A DNA stretch of 61,878 bases, filler included. It is 8 parts of 8 records of this genome, joined end to end, with 100 filler letters (N's around TTAATTAATTAA, not from the genome) between each part and the next. Parts side by side here need not be neighbours in the genome. Positions count along the whole stretch, not along the records: positions 27,267 to 48,459 come from SRR20825010_3382; 7 more parts are not named here. One strand, written 5' to 3'. The position numbers were made by a program, and so were the translations under genes. Below are positions 30,172-39,101 of this stretch, in pieces (positions within the stretch are counted from its first letter, which is position 1; each line of letters starts with the position of its first letter). Under the pieces are notes generated by a model. That model did not search any database, was not told where the DNA came from, and was given only the letters and a program-made list of their open reading frames with translations.

Positions 30172-30801
30172 ATGTCGCGCTGGATTTCGCGCAAACCCGA
30201 CTATCACGCTGATATCACAGCTGCGATTCCACATTTCGTGACGCGCAGCTGCACACTTCTCGCAACAGGATACGCCAAGCTCCTGCAAGACAGCGGACAC
30301 ACAATCCCCACCAAGAACGGTCTGGATATTTCCAGCTTCGCGCCAATCATGACCGATCTTGCCCTAGCGGCCATAACACTCGATTCCGCCTGTGTTTTTC
30401 GCATTGCCGGAGAAGGAATGCGGCAACGGTTCGCTCATAAACTGGTCGGTACGGACTATTACAATCTTGTCGATCCGGCACGCCGCGGCAGTGCCATAGA
30501 GGCGATGGACATGATTGTCAGAACGCCCTGTGCGTTTCGTGTGGAATTGCTCCAGCAGTACGAGAATGGCGAGGAACGCCGCGCTGAAGCCTGTGTCTTT
30601 CCCCTCCGGTCCGAGGAGCCGAATATTGACGGTTTCGCATTGTTCGCCAATAGCGAGATCGATCCTCCCCGGGGCCCGGCGGCCATGCATCCCATTCTAA
30701 GCGAATTCCAGGTTGTCCGCCGCGATCTGATCGACATCGGGTTCGGGCTCGACGAAGGTTTCACGGATCTGGTGCCCAGGCGCCACGCGTCCCTGCTCTA
30801 G
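30172..30801 (+). CDS. stand-alone PAS-like domain protein (PAS_5/DUF1457-like)
   Basis: IPTK..LD...FAP, FRIAGE and FPL pattern. Confidence 0.65.
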   Translation: MSRWISRKPDYHADITAAIPHFVTRSCTLLATGYAKLLQDSGHTIPTKNGLDISSFAPIMTDLALAAITLDSACVFRIAGEGMRQRFAHKLVGTDYYNLVDPARRGSAIEAMDMIVRTPCAFRVELLQQYENGEERRAEACVFPLRSEEPNIDGFALFANSEIDPPRGPAAMHPILSEFQVVRRDLIDIGFGLDEGFTDLVPRRHASLL

Positions 30802-31445
30802 TCAATCAGCACCGATCCTCCGTCCGCCCTGGTAATTTCAGCGGCTATTCCTGCCTCGCCTGCCTCGATCCGGACCATCCCCCGGGCACCAAGCGCGGAC
30901 AGCCATCCATCCAGCCGGGCCGGCTCGGGATGACGCAAGATTAGCTGTGTGATCGAAAGACCGAGATCCGGCATCCGGGTTGCCGGATGCGGCCCCTCCG
31001 GCCATTGGATGAAGACCGGCAGGGTTCCCCCCTCCGGCAGATCGCCATCGTCACGGACCGCAATCCGCCAGGTCAGATCTCCCCGGCTGACCTGGACCGG
31101 CACGCCCAGATCGAGGCCAAGCCCCCGGGCCGTGGCCAGCACGGCGTCGAGATCGTCCGTCGCGACAATCCAGGAAAGCGGACTCGGTGCGGTTTTCGTC
31201 ATTGTATGAACCGCCGGGTCATCCATCCGGTACCAGCGCACCCGCTCCGGAGCTGTCTGTTCCGGGTCAATCGCGATGATCTCAAGGAAATTATCCGCTC
31301 CGGTCCGGGTCAACCTGTTGTGCGTGCCCATTTTCGGGTGCGCACCACCTATCGTCATATCCGCGCCAAGCCGTTCCCTGGCCCAATCCGCCCCCGCTTC
31401 AAGGTCCGCGGCGACAATGGCAAGATGATCAAAAACAAGCTTCAT
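30798..31445 (-). CDS. VOC/glyoxalase-like family protein
   Basis: DHLAI, GGAHPKMGTHNRL, LEIIAIDP, SRGDLTW and P.FIQW. Confidence 0.9.
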   Translation of the reverse strand: MKLVFDHLAIVAADLEAGADWARERLGADMTIGGAHPKMGTHNRLTRTGADNFLEIIAIDPEQTAPERVRWYRMDDPAVHTMTKTAPSPLSWIVATDDLDAVLATARGLGLDLGVPVQVSRGDLTWRIAVRDDGDLPEGGTLPVFIQWPEGPHPATRMPDLGLSITQLILRHPEPARLDGWLSALGARGMVRIEAGEAGIAAEITRADGGSVLID

Positions 31446-31494
31446 GAAGGTCTCTCCGGCGGAAGGCGCTGACAGATATAGCGGCAGACAGGCC

Positions 31495-31545
31495 ATGACA
31501 TGAAAACGTCATCGAACCGACGTCAAGACGACACAGACCCAACAT
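31495..31545 (+). promoter_or_regulatory. Pho-box-like array (five 7-mers at 11-bp period)
   Basis: atgacat-gaaa-acgtcat-cgaa-ccgacgt-caag-acgacac-agac-ccaacat upstream of phnD; resembles CTGTCAT-N4 repeats. Confidence 0.6.
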
Positions 31546-31621
31546 CACAGGGATACACGCCGCCGCTAGGCTCGGATGTTCTGACAAACGGGCAATGACC
31601 CGACATTTGGAGGCGTTTCCG

Positions 31622-32485
31622 ATGCTGCGCAAGTTCTTTGCGGCCGCTCTCATGGCCATTTCCCTTCCGGCCCTCGCCCAGGCGGCAGAGCCGATCCGTT
31701 TCGCCGTCACCGACATCGAGGGCCTGGAAGCCCTGCAGCAGGAGTTCGGACCGTTCGAGGCGGCGATAGAGAAAAGCACCGGACTGGAGCTTGAACTCTT
31801 CCCGGTCGGCAGCCGGACCGCCGCCGTCGAGGCGATGAATGCCGGCCAGGCCGACTTCGTACTGACCGGCCCGGCCGAATATGTCGTGCTGAAGGAGCTG
31901 ACCAAGCCGGAAATCGTTGTCGCCTGGCAGCGTCCCGACTATTTCGCCCAGATCGTCACGCTGGCGACCGGCCCGGTGAAGCAGGTCAGTGACCTGAAAG
32001 GCAAGGTGATCTCCTTCGGTTCCGTCGGATCGACCTCCCAGCACCTCGGCCCGGCACAGGCGCTGGCCGATCTCGGCCTTGATTACGGCCGGGACTACGA
32101 GCCGAAAATCATCTCCCGCAACATCGCCGTCGAGGCTTTGATTCGTGGCGACATCAGCGCCATCGGGATGAATTTCGGCCATCTGCAGAAAGCCCGGGAA
32201 GCCTATCCGGATGTCGCTTTCACCGTGATCGCACGCGGCCGCGACCTGCCGAACGACATCCTCGTCGCCCGCAACGGGCTCGACAAGAGCATCGTAGAGA
32301 AGGTCCGCAAGGCTTTTGAACAAGACGGGCAGGCCTTGCTGGCCGCCGTGTTGAAGGGTGACGATAACCAGAAATACCGTGGCGGCTTCTTCCTCTCCTC
32401 GGTCGATGATGCCGACTACGACTATGTCCGCTCCATGTACAAGACCATCGGCGTCGAGCGCTTCACCAGCTTCGTCGGCGACTGA
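31622..32485 (+). CDS. phnD: phosphonate/phosphite ABC substrate-binding protein
   Basis: Signal peptide; GPAEYV and GSTSQHLGP; followed by ATPase and permease. Confidence 0.85.
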   Translation: MLRKFFAAALMAISLPALAQAAEPIRFAVTDIEGLEALQQEFGPFEAAIEKSTGLELELFPVGSRTAAVEAMNAGQADFVLTGPAEYVVLKELTKPEIVVAWQRPDYFAQIVTLATGPVKQVSDLKGKVISFGSVGSTSQHLGPAQALADLGLDYGRDYEPKIISRNIAVEALIRGDISAIGMNFGHLQKAREAYPDVAFTVIARGRDLPNDILVARNGLDKSIVEKVRKAFEQDGQALLAAVLKGDDNQKYRGGFFLSSVDDADYDYVRSMYKTIGVERFTSFVGD

Positions 32486-32563
32486 CCGGAGCCGCCGCGC
32501 ACGGTCACCGGGAGCATCTGTCTCCGATGCCCGTGCGCAGCGACCCGTCAACGGTACCATTGC

Positions 32564-33319
32564 ATGAGCTCATCCATCATCGAAGTTCGCCGGGCACAGA
32601 AAAGCTTCGCGCCCGGCCTGCCGATCCTGAACGGCGTCAGCCTTGAGGTCCGCCGGGGCGAGCGTGTCGCCCTGATCGGTGCGAATGGCGCCGGCAAATC
32701 CACCCTGCTGCGTTGCCTCGCCGGCCTCATCCCCCTCAGTGGCGGCGATGTCGAGATCCTGGGCGAGAGCTTTTCCGGCAGCCCCAGCGCACGCCAGCGG
32801 AAGGTGCTGCGCCGCCAGCTCGGTTTCGTCTTCCAGTTCCATGGTCTGGTGCGCCGCACCAGTGCGCTGTCAAACGTCGTGAACGGTTATCTCGGCCAGG
32901 GCCACGGCATGCGGGCCTGGCACCAGATGCTTGCCCCGCGCACTGTTCGCCAAGACGCCCGGGCCGCGCTGCATGCCGTTGGTCTCGGGGAGAAATGGAA
33001 TGCCCGCGCGGACACGCTTTCCGGCGGACAATCCCAGCGCGTCGCCATCGCCCGCGCCATCGTGCACAAGCCCGCGCTGATCATTGCGGATGAGCCGGCG
33101 GCCAGCCTCGATCCCGCCGCCGGGAACGACATCATGACACTGTTTCACCGGCTTGCCGGAGCGCGGGGCTGCACTCTTCTCTTCACCACCCACGACATGG
33201 ACCATGCCCTTTCCTACGCGGACAGGGTCATCGCGCTGAAAGCCGGCACGGTGATGCTGGATGCGGCAAGCACAGACCTGGCACCCGCGGATCTGGAGCC
33301 CGTCTTCCATGGCAACTGA
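32564..33319 (+). CDS. phnC: phosphonate ABC ATPase
   Basis: GANGAGKS, LSGGQSQRVAIARA and ADEPAASLDP. Confidence 0.88.
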   Translation: MSSSIIEVRRAQKSFAPGLPILNGVSLEVRRGERVALIGANGAGKSTLLRCLAGLIPLSGGDVEILGESFSGSPSARQRKVLRRQLGFVFQFHGLVRRTSALSNVVNGYLGQGHGMRAWHQMLAPRTVRQDARAALHAVGLGEKWNARADTLSGGQSQRVAIARAIVHKPALIIADEPAASLDPAAGNDIMTLFHRLAGARGCTLLFTTHDMDHALSYADRVIALKAGTVMLDAASTDLAPADLEPVFHGN

Positions 33320-34127
33320 TATCCGTACGGAACACACAGAACACCCCGCCATGCCGCGCATTGCCCGGCTCGACCCATTGCGCTTCGCCCTCATGGTTGC
33401 ACTGGGCGCGCTTCTGGTTGCCTCCATCGGCGAAGTCACGCCATCGCCGGAGCGGATGGCCGGAGCCCTGCCGCGCATGGGCTCCCTGCTTGGCCGGATG
33501 CTGCCGCCGGAAACCGATCCGGCCTTTCTCGGCCGCATGGCATTACGGCTTCTGGAGACCGTTCAGATCGCCCTTGCCGGAACGTTTTTCGGTATCCTTG
33601 TCAGCTTTCCGCTGGCCTGGTGCGGCGCCATGGGCCTGACCCCGCTTGGCCCCTTTCGCTGGATCGCCCGGATGCTGGTGTCCCTGTTCCGCACGGTGCC
33701 GGATCTGGTCTGGGCGCTGTTCTTCGTCTCCGCCGTCGGTCTCGGCGCCGTTGCCGGAACATTGACCATCATCGTCGACACCGCCGGTTTCTGCGGCCGC
33801 TTCTTCGCCGAAGCCATGGAGGATTCCGACCGGCAGTCCCGCGAGGCCCTGGACGCCGCCGGCGCCCGCAAAATCGACATCCTGTTCGCCGCCGTGGTGC
33901 CGGACTGCATGCCATCCTTCATCAACACCAGCCTGTTCAGCCTGGAGTTGGCGGTGCGTTCATCGGTGGTACTCGGGATCGTCGGGGCGGGTGGCATCGG
34001 TCAGGAACTGAAAAGCGCCTTCGAGCTGTTCCAGTACCCGAAGGCCGCCACCATCATCCTGGCGATTTTCGTGATCGTTCTGGGAATGGAGCAGCTTACC
34101 GACTGGCTGAGGCGGCGTATTGCATGA
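33309..34127 (+). CDS. phnE: phosphonate ABC permease
   Basis: ETVQIA, RTVPDLVWA, RFFAEAME and RSSVVLGIVGAGGIG. Confidence 0.9.
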   Translation: MATDIRTEHTEHPAMPRIARLDPLRFALMVALGALLVASIGEVTPSPERMAGALPRMGSLLGRMLPPETDPAFLGRMALRLLETVQIALAGTFFGILVSFPLAWCGAMGLTPLGPFRWIARMLVSLFRTVPDLVWALFFVSAVGLGAVAGTLTIIVDTAGFCGRFFAEAMEDSDRQSREALDAAGARKIDILFAAVVPDCMPSFINTSLFSLELAVRSSVVLGIVGAGGIGQELKSAFELFQYPKAATIILAIFVIVLGMEQLTDWLRRRIA

Positions 34128-34320
34128 CGCCCGCATATCCAGCCAGCCCATTCGTTCCGTTTCCTTAACCCCTCATATTCAATATGGCGATTTGAAAATT
34201 TCTACGTATTGGCGCATATTAACCATAGCCGGACCGTATCATTCAGAGTGAGCGTGGATCGGAGCGGTTGACCGCAAAGGTCCGCGCCATCGTTTTAAGA
34301 ACGAGTTTGGGGGCGGACAG

Positions 34321-35559
34321 ATGCTGTTTGCGAGTCTCCTGTCCCGGATTATCAAAACCGGGACCATCACAATCATCGGGCCAAATGGCCAAAGCCGGAC
34401 CGTCGGTTCAGGCGCTCCACACGTCACAATCCGGGTAAAAGACCGGATCGCCGACATGCAATTGGCGCTCTATCCTCAGCTAAAGCTCGGCGAAGCCTAT
34501 ATGGACGGGCAGCTGAGCATCGAGGAAGGGCAGCTATATGATCTGATCGAGATCGGCATGGTGAATTACCAGCGCCTCGAAGATCAGCCACTGCAACGCA
34601 TTCTCGGCTCCGTCGGGCGCATTGCCAGAAGACTGCAGCAATCAAACCCCATTCACCGGGCCCGGGAAAACGTCGCCCATCACTACGATCTGTCCGGCGC
34701 TCTCTATGACAGCTTCCTCGACCCCCAGCGGCAATATTCCTGCGGCTATTTTCCGCAAGCCGACACCGGTCTCGATGCCGCACAGGAAGCGAAGATCCGG
34801 CATATCGCCGCAAAACTCCTGTTGAAGCCGGGGCAACGCGTCCTCGATATTGGCTGCGGCTGGGGCGGACTCGCCATCGCCCTGGCCCGGATGGCGGATG
34901 TCGAAGTGCTCGGCGTTACCCTTTCCGAAGAGCAGTACAAGAGCGCCGTCGCCCGTGCCAAGGCGTCCGGCGTGTCGGATCGCGTCCGGTTCGAGCTGAT
35001 GGATTACCGCCTGATCGAGGATACATTCGACCGCGTCGTCTCGGTCGGCATGTTCGAGCATGTCGGCATCAACAATTACCGCGACTTCTTCTCGAAAGTA
35101 CGCGAAACCCTGACCGAGGACGGCGTCGCGCTGCTGCATTCCATCGGACGGCAGGATGGGCCGGGCGTCACCAATCCCTGGATCCGCCGCTATATCTTCC
35201 CCGGCGGCTATTCGCCCGCGCTTTCCGAAGTCCTGCCTGAGATAGAGCGGCAGCAGCTCTGGGTTACCGATATCGAAGTGCTGCGGCTGCATTATGCGAA
35301 AACCATCCGGCACTGGCGCAATCGCTTCATGGCCAGCTGGGATGCCATGGCCTCGCTTTATGACGAGCGTTTCTGCCGAATGTGGGAGTTCTATCTGATC
35401 AGCGCGGAGCTGTCTTTCCGGCGCTTCGGCCACATGGTGTTTCAGGTGCAGATGGCACGCGATCAGGAGGCCGTCCCGCTGACCCGCGACTACATCACGG
35501 ACTATGACCGCGACATGCCGACGGCCCTGCGCGCGGTTCCGGACAGGGCGGCACGATAA
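34321..35559 (+). CDS. cfa: cyclopropane-fatty-acyl-phospholipid synthase family methyltransferase
   Basis: HHYDLS, QYSCGYF, LDIGCGWGG, SVGMFEHVG, YIFPGG and RMWEFYL. Confidence 0.93.
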   Translation: MLFASLLSRIIKTGTITIIGPNGQSRTVGSGAPHVTIRVKDRIADMQLALYPQLKLGEAYMDGQLSIEEGQLYDLIEIGMVNYQRLEDQPLQRILGSVGRIARRLQQSNPIHRARENVAHHYDLSGALYDSFLDPQRQYSCGYFPQADTGLDAAQEAKIRHIAAKLLLKPGQRVLDIGCGWGGLAIALARMADVEVLGVTLSEEQYKSAVARAKASGVSDRVRFELMDYRLIEDTFDRVVSVGMFEHVGINNYRDFFSKVRETLTEDGVALLHSIGRQDGPGVTNPWIRRYIFPGGYSPALSEVLPEIERQQLWVTDIEVLRLHYAKTIRHWRNRFMASWDAMASLYDERFCRMWEFYLISAELSFRRFGHMVFQVQMARDQEAVPLTRDYITDYDRDMPTALRAVPDRAAR

Positions 35560-35610
35560 AGCCGCGGAGGATCTCCGTCCGGGATTATCCGGCTCGTCTG
35601 CTCTCGGTAA

Positions 35611-36102
35611 TCAAAGACGCCATCCGCGCGACGGATAAGACACTGCCTGTCCGATAAGCAGCACGCCCATGGTCTTGTCCACCGTCTGCCCATCGGAGGC
35701 CAGCGGCGCATGGACCGACCTGAAAGCCCGCCAGCTCCTGTCCGGCGCCCAGGTGACATGCCCCGCGCGCAAGATCGGGCCGCGTGCCTCGACAACCTCC
35801 CGAAACTCCCTGATCACAGCGGCTCTGGGAACCTCGTAGGTGCATTCCGTCATCCGCCGCCCGGTATAATCCCGGCCCAGCGCCCGCGCGATCTCCACCC
35901 CGACCAGCCGGTAGCGAAAATCCGCGCCTCCCTCAATGACATCCAGAAGCAGAACATGGCCGAACCATTCGCGCAGATCTTCCGGCACGAAAGCACTCCG
36001 GGACGGCATCGGCCGCCCGGCCCGGCGCTCGGTCCAGAGGTCGATGAAACGCTGGATCGCAGGTTCGTCACTTTTAACGACGGTATCATATTGCCAGCTC
36101 AC
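35611..36102 (-). CDS. stand-alone PAS-like domain protein (PAS_5-like)
   Basis: W...R.GR.MPSR..F.P, FRYRLVG, DYTG and PLASDG..VD. Confidence 0.8.
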   Translation of the reverse strand: MSWQYDTVVKSDEPAIQRFIDLWTERRAGRPMPSRSAFVPEDLREWFGHVLLLDVIEGGADFRYRLVGVEIARALGRDYTGRRMTECTYEVPRAAVIREFREVVEARGPILRAGHVTWAPDRSWRAFRSVHAPLASDGQTVDKTMGVLLIGQAVSYPSRGWRL

Positions 36103-36212
36103 GCCAGTATCCCTCGGGGTCGGGTCCTGATTCTGGTCATTCTATCTGAAATTGTAACAAGCAGGCCGCTCCATGTGGAAGAAGCCAGAGCATGATTGGC
36201 GACGGCAGGGCC

Positions 36213-37001
36213 TTATCCGGCCAGCAGGCTTCCATACCCTGCAATCTTCGCCTGTACACCCGCCAGTCGCAGGCAATGCCACAGGCTTGCCTGATTGGCC
36301 GAAATCACCGGGCGCCGCAGGTCCTGCTCCAATGTTTCGATAAGTCCGACACAGCGGAAACCGGTGCCGAGGATCAGTACTCCGTCAGCCTCATTCGGGC
36401 AGGCTGCCTTGATCTGGGTATAAAGCGGCTCGATCTGCTGCTCGAAACCGAGGCCCAGTGGATACATCTCGCCCGTCGGCACATCGCGCCAGCCGGGGCC
36501 GGGATCGTAGCGCAGCATGCCCGCGGGCTCGATGCCGTGATCGCGGAAATAACCGAGAGCAACGGCGAGCGTGGCGTCGTTGAACCAGGGCGGCAGGACC
36601 AGAAACGGGCTTTTGACGTCCGATACCTTGAGGGCCGCGAAGCAGTCGAGCGCATTGGTGGTGACCGGGATGCCGGACCCGAGGATATCCGAGAGGCTTT
36701 GCACCACCGCCTCGTCCCAGCCCTTGCCGCCGACCAGGCTGCTGGAACTGTGGCCGAGCACCACCGCCGACAGGCGCATCGAGGCAAACTGCCGTGCCCC
36801 GCGCGCCAGATCTTCCGACAAGGTGACATACGTCCTGTCCGCGTCCCATGCGGCCCAGGGCGCAGGCGCGGAGACCCGGGCGGCATGGACGGAGGTATGG
36901 GGCGGCATCATGGCCCACCATTCCGCTTCCGGAACGGCTTCGCTGCCAACGATGAACATGCCGATGCGGGCCTTCCAGCCCCAATTATCCGGTGCCGTCA
37001 T
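36213..37001 (-). CDS. maleate isomerase / Asp-Glu racemase superfamily protein lacking both catalytic Cys
   Basis: ARIG, VHAARV and LE.DL.RPVISANQASLW..LR; GHSSSS and LGTGF at the usual CTS/SCT sites. Confidence 0.8.
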   Translation of the reverse strand: MTAPDNWGWKARIGMFIVGSEAVPEAEWWAMMPPHTSVHAARVSAPAPWAAWDADRTYVTLSEDLARGARQFASMRLSAVVLGHSSSSLVGGKGWDEAVVQSLSDILGSGIPVTTNALDCFAALKVSDVKSPFLVLPPWFNDATLAVALGYFRDHGIEPAGMLRYDPGPGWRDVPTGEMYPLGLGFEQQIEPLYTQIKAACPNEADGVLILGTGFRCVGLIETLEQDLRRPVISANQASLWHCLRLAGVQAKIAGYGSLLAG

Positions 37002-37021
37002 CCACCGCCCCCTTAGATTTT

Positions 37022-38188
37022 TTATCCTGCGAATGCCGCTTTCGCTGCTGCAAGTGCAGCCTCTTTATCGGCGCTGGCACCAAGATCGGCAAGGGCAGCG
37101 GAGATCTGCTCCAGGTCGGTCAGGATATCGGCCTCGCTGACCCAGCCCATGGTGCCGATCCGGACCAGACGGTCTTTCAGCTCCTCGAACCGGGTACCTG
37201 CAATCATGCAGTTATAGCGCTCCGCCAGATGGTCGATCAGCGCCGGAGCAGACACTCCCTCCGGTGTTTTCACCACGACCAGCGTCGGGCTCGGCGTGCC
37301 GGTCGGGAAGACCGAGAAACCGAGCACTTCAAGTCCGGCAGTGAGCGCACGATTGAGCCGCAGATGACGCGTCAGTGTCGCCTCCAGCCCCTCTTCGCCA
37401 ATCATGCTCAAGGCCGCGTCCAGCGCGTTCAGCATGGCGACCGGCGCCGTATAGGTCGGCTCGCCCTTCTCCGCCATTGGCCGGAACCGGCGATAGTCGA
37501 AATAGCCGCGCGGACCGCGATCATCCCGATCGATGATGCCCCAGGCTTTCTCGCTGATACTGGCGATGCCGAGGCCCGGCGGGCACATCAGGCATTTCTG
37601 CGAGGCGGAAACCACCACATCCACCCCCCACTCATCGGCGCGCAACTCCGCACCGCCAAGGCCGCTGACACTGTCGCAGACCAAAACCGATTCCGTTTCC
37701 GCAACGATCCCGCCAAGAGCTCTCAGATCGGTCAGCGCGCCGGTTGAGCTTTCGCTGTGAACCGTGATAACGGCCGCATAGCTCTTTTGTGCCAACGCAC
37801 GGCGCACACCATCAAGATCGATCGGATCACCAACGTCAGTGACAACCTCGTCGACCTCGGCACCGATGCCTTCAGACAAACGCCGGAATACCGGCCCCCA
37901 CTGGCCATTGGTCGCGATCAGCACCCGCTGGCCCGGCCCGGCGACATTGATGACCCCGGATTCCATGGCGCCAATGCCGGTCGAAGCAAACAGGAAGGGC
38001 GGCACGCCGGACCGGCCGAGGAGCGGTTGCAGCCTGTCCTGGATCGCCTTGAAGCGGGCCAGGAACTCCGGACCGCGATGAGCGATCATCGGCTGCGCGG
38101 CGGCTTGAAGAACGCGGTCGGGAACGGCGGTCGGGCCAGGCAAACGAAGTCGGTAGGGCAAGGAAGCCCCGGTGCTGGAAGCGGACAT
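37022..38188 (-). CDS. class V PLP aminotransferase (alanine-glyoxylate/serine-pyruvate family)
   Basis: PGPT, HRGPEF, HSESSTG, DSVS, SASQKCLMCPPG and RIGTMG. Confidence 0.93.
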   Translation of the reverse strand: MSASSTGASLPYRLRLPGPTAVPDRVLQAAAQPMIAHRGPEFLARFKAIQDRLQPLLGRSGVPPFLFASTGIGAMESGVINVAGPGQRVLIATNGQWGPVFRRLSEGIGAEVDEVVTDVGDPIDLDGVRRALAQKSYAAVITVHSESSTGALTDLRALGGIVAETESVLVCDSVSGLGGAELRADEWGVDVVVSASQKCLMCPPGLGIASISEKAWGIIDRDDRGPRGYFDYRRFRPMAEKGEPTYTAPVAMLNALDAALSMIGEEGLEATLTRHLRLNRALTAGLEVLGFSVFPTGTPSPTLVVVKTPEGVSAPALIDHLAERYNCMIAGTRFEELKDRLVRIGTMGWVSEADILTDLEQISAALADLGASADKEAALAAAKAAFAG

Positions 38189-38307
38189 GGCTTTGCTCGT
38201 GAAATGGGTCTTGGAAAGAAGAGGCCCGAGCATGGAACCAGCGTAGGCACGTCAGCGCAAGTGGACAGTCCGGAAAGAAAATCCGGCGCTGATGGCACGG
38301 ACCGCCA

Positions 38308-38967
38308 TCAACGCATCAGGAAATCGTCGGCACTTTGTATCAAGGGCTGGCGGGCCGCGCCAAACCGGAAGAGCTCACCTTCCGTCACGGCGGAAACAGT
38401 GTCAGCCTTCAGATCCGTTACCCGGCGCTGCAGACCCGTCTCGTCAAGACTGTCTTCCGGGGCGATCCGGGCTTCCGGAACGATCCGGGCCGCGTCCATA
38501 CCACGCATGGCGGCATACATGGGCGAGCCCTCGAGCCCGGCACGCTGGGCAGCGCCGGCGACCGTATCGACCAGTTCAACTTCATAAAGGTCCACACCGG
38601 TCGGCTGAACCAGGGCATCCGCATCGATCTCGCCCCGTGCATTGTCCTCGCCATAGGCCGCAACCAGCCGCCCGACGGCGGCAATGGTCTCTTCCGAGGC
38701 CTGAGTGGCAACAAGATTTCCGGTCTCGACCACGATCTCGTCCGGATGCGCGTCTTTTACATCGGGTAAAAGCGGGCCCGTATCCCGCAGAGATGACGGA
38801 TCGGAGGCTCGCCGGTAACCTTTGAAATCCTCGCCCTCCAGATTGCGGGCGATGACCTCGCGCGACCAGTCGCCCGGCGCCACTCCCTGTTGCCAGAATC
38901 CAAAACTGTGCATCTGAAGACCGCCCGCGCCTGAAGACGCGGAGTCCATTCTTTCGGCAAATGCCAT
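38308..38967 (-). CDS. hypothetical protein (start may be 38913)
   Basis: Long ORF co-oriented with its neighbours; no recognisable motif. Confidence 0.55.
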   Translation of the reverse strand: MAFAERMDSASSGAGGLQMHSFGFWQQGVAPGDWSREVIARNLEGEDFKGYRRASDPSSLRDTGPLLPDVKDAHPDEIVVETGNLVATQASEETIAAVGRLVAAYGEDNARGEIDADALVQPTGVDLYEVELVDTVAGAAQRAGLEGSPMYAAMRGMDAARIVPEARIAPEDSLDETGLQRRVTDLKADTVSAVTEGELFRFGAARQPLIQSADDFLMR

Positions 38968-39101
38968 CGGCGACTGCTTCCGTCACGTGTTCAGGCCCGC
39001 CCGGCGGCGCACCCTTGTCAGGACGTGAGGTAAGCAAGAAGCAAGCCAAACCTGGAGTTCATTGAGAAAGGCACGTCAAGGACCTGGCAATAACCCGGAG
39101 C

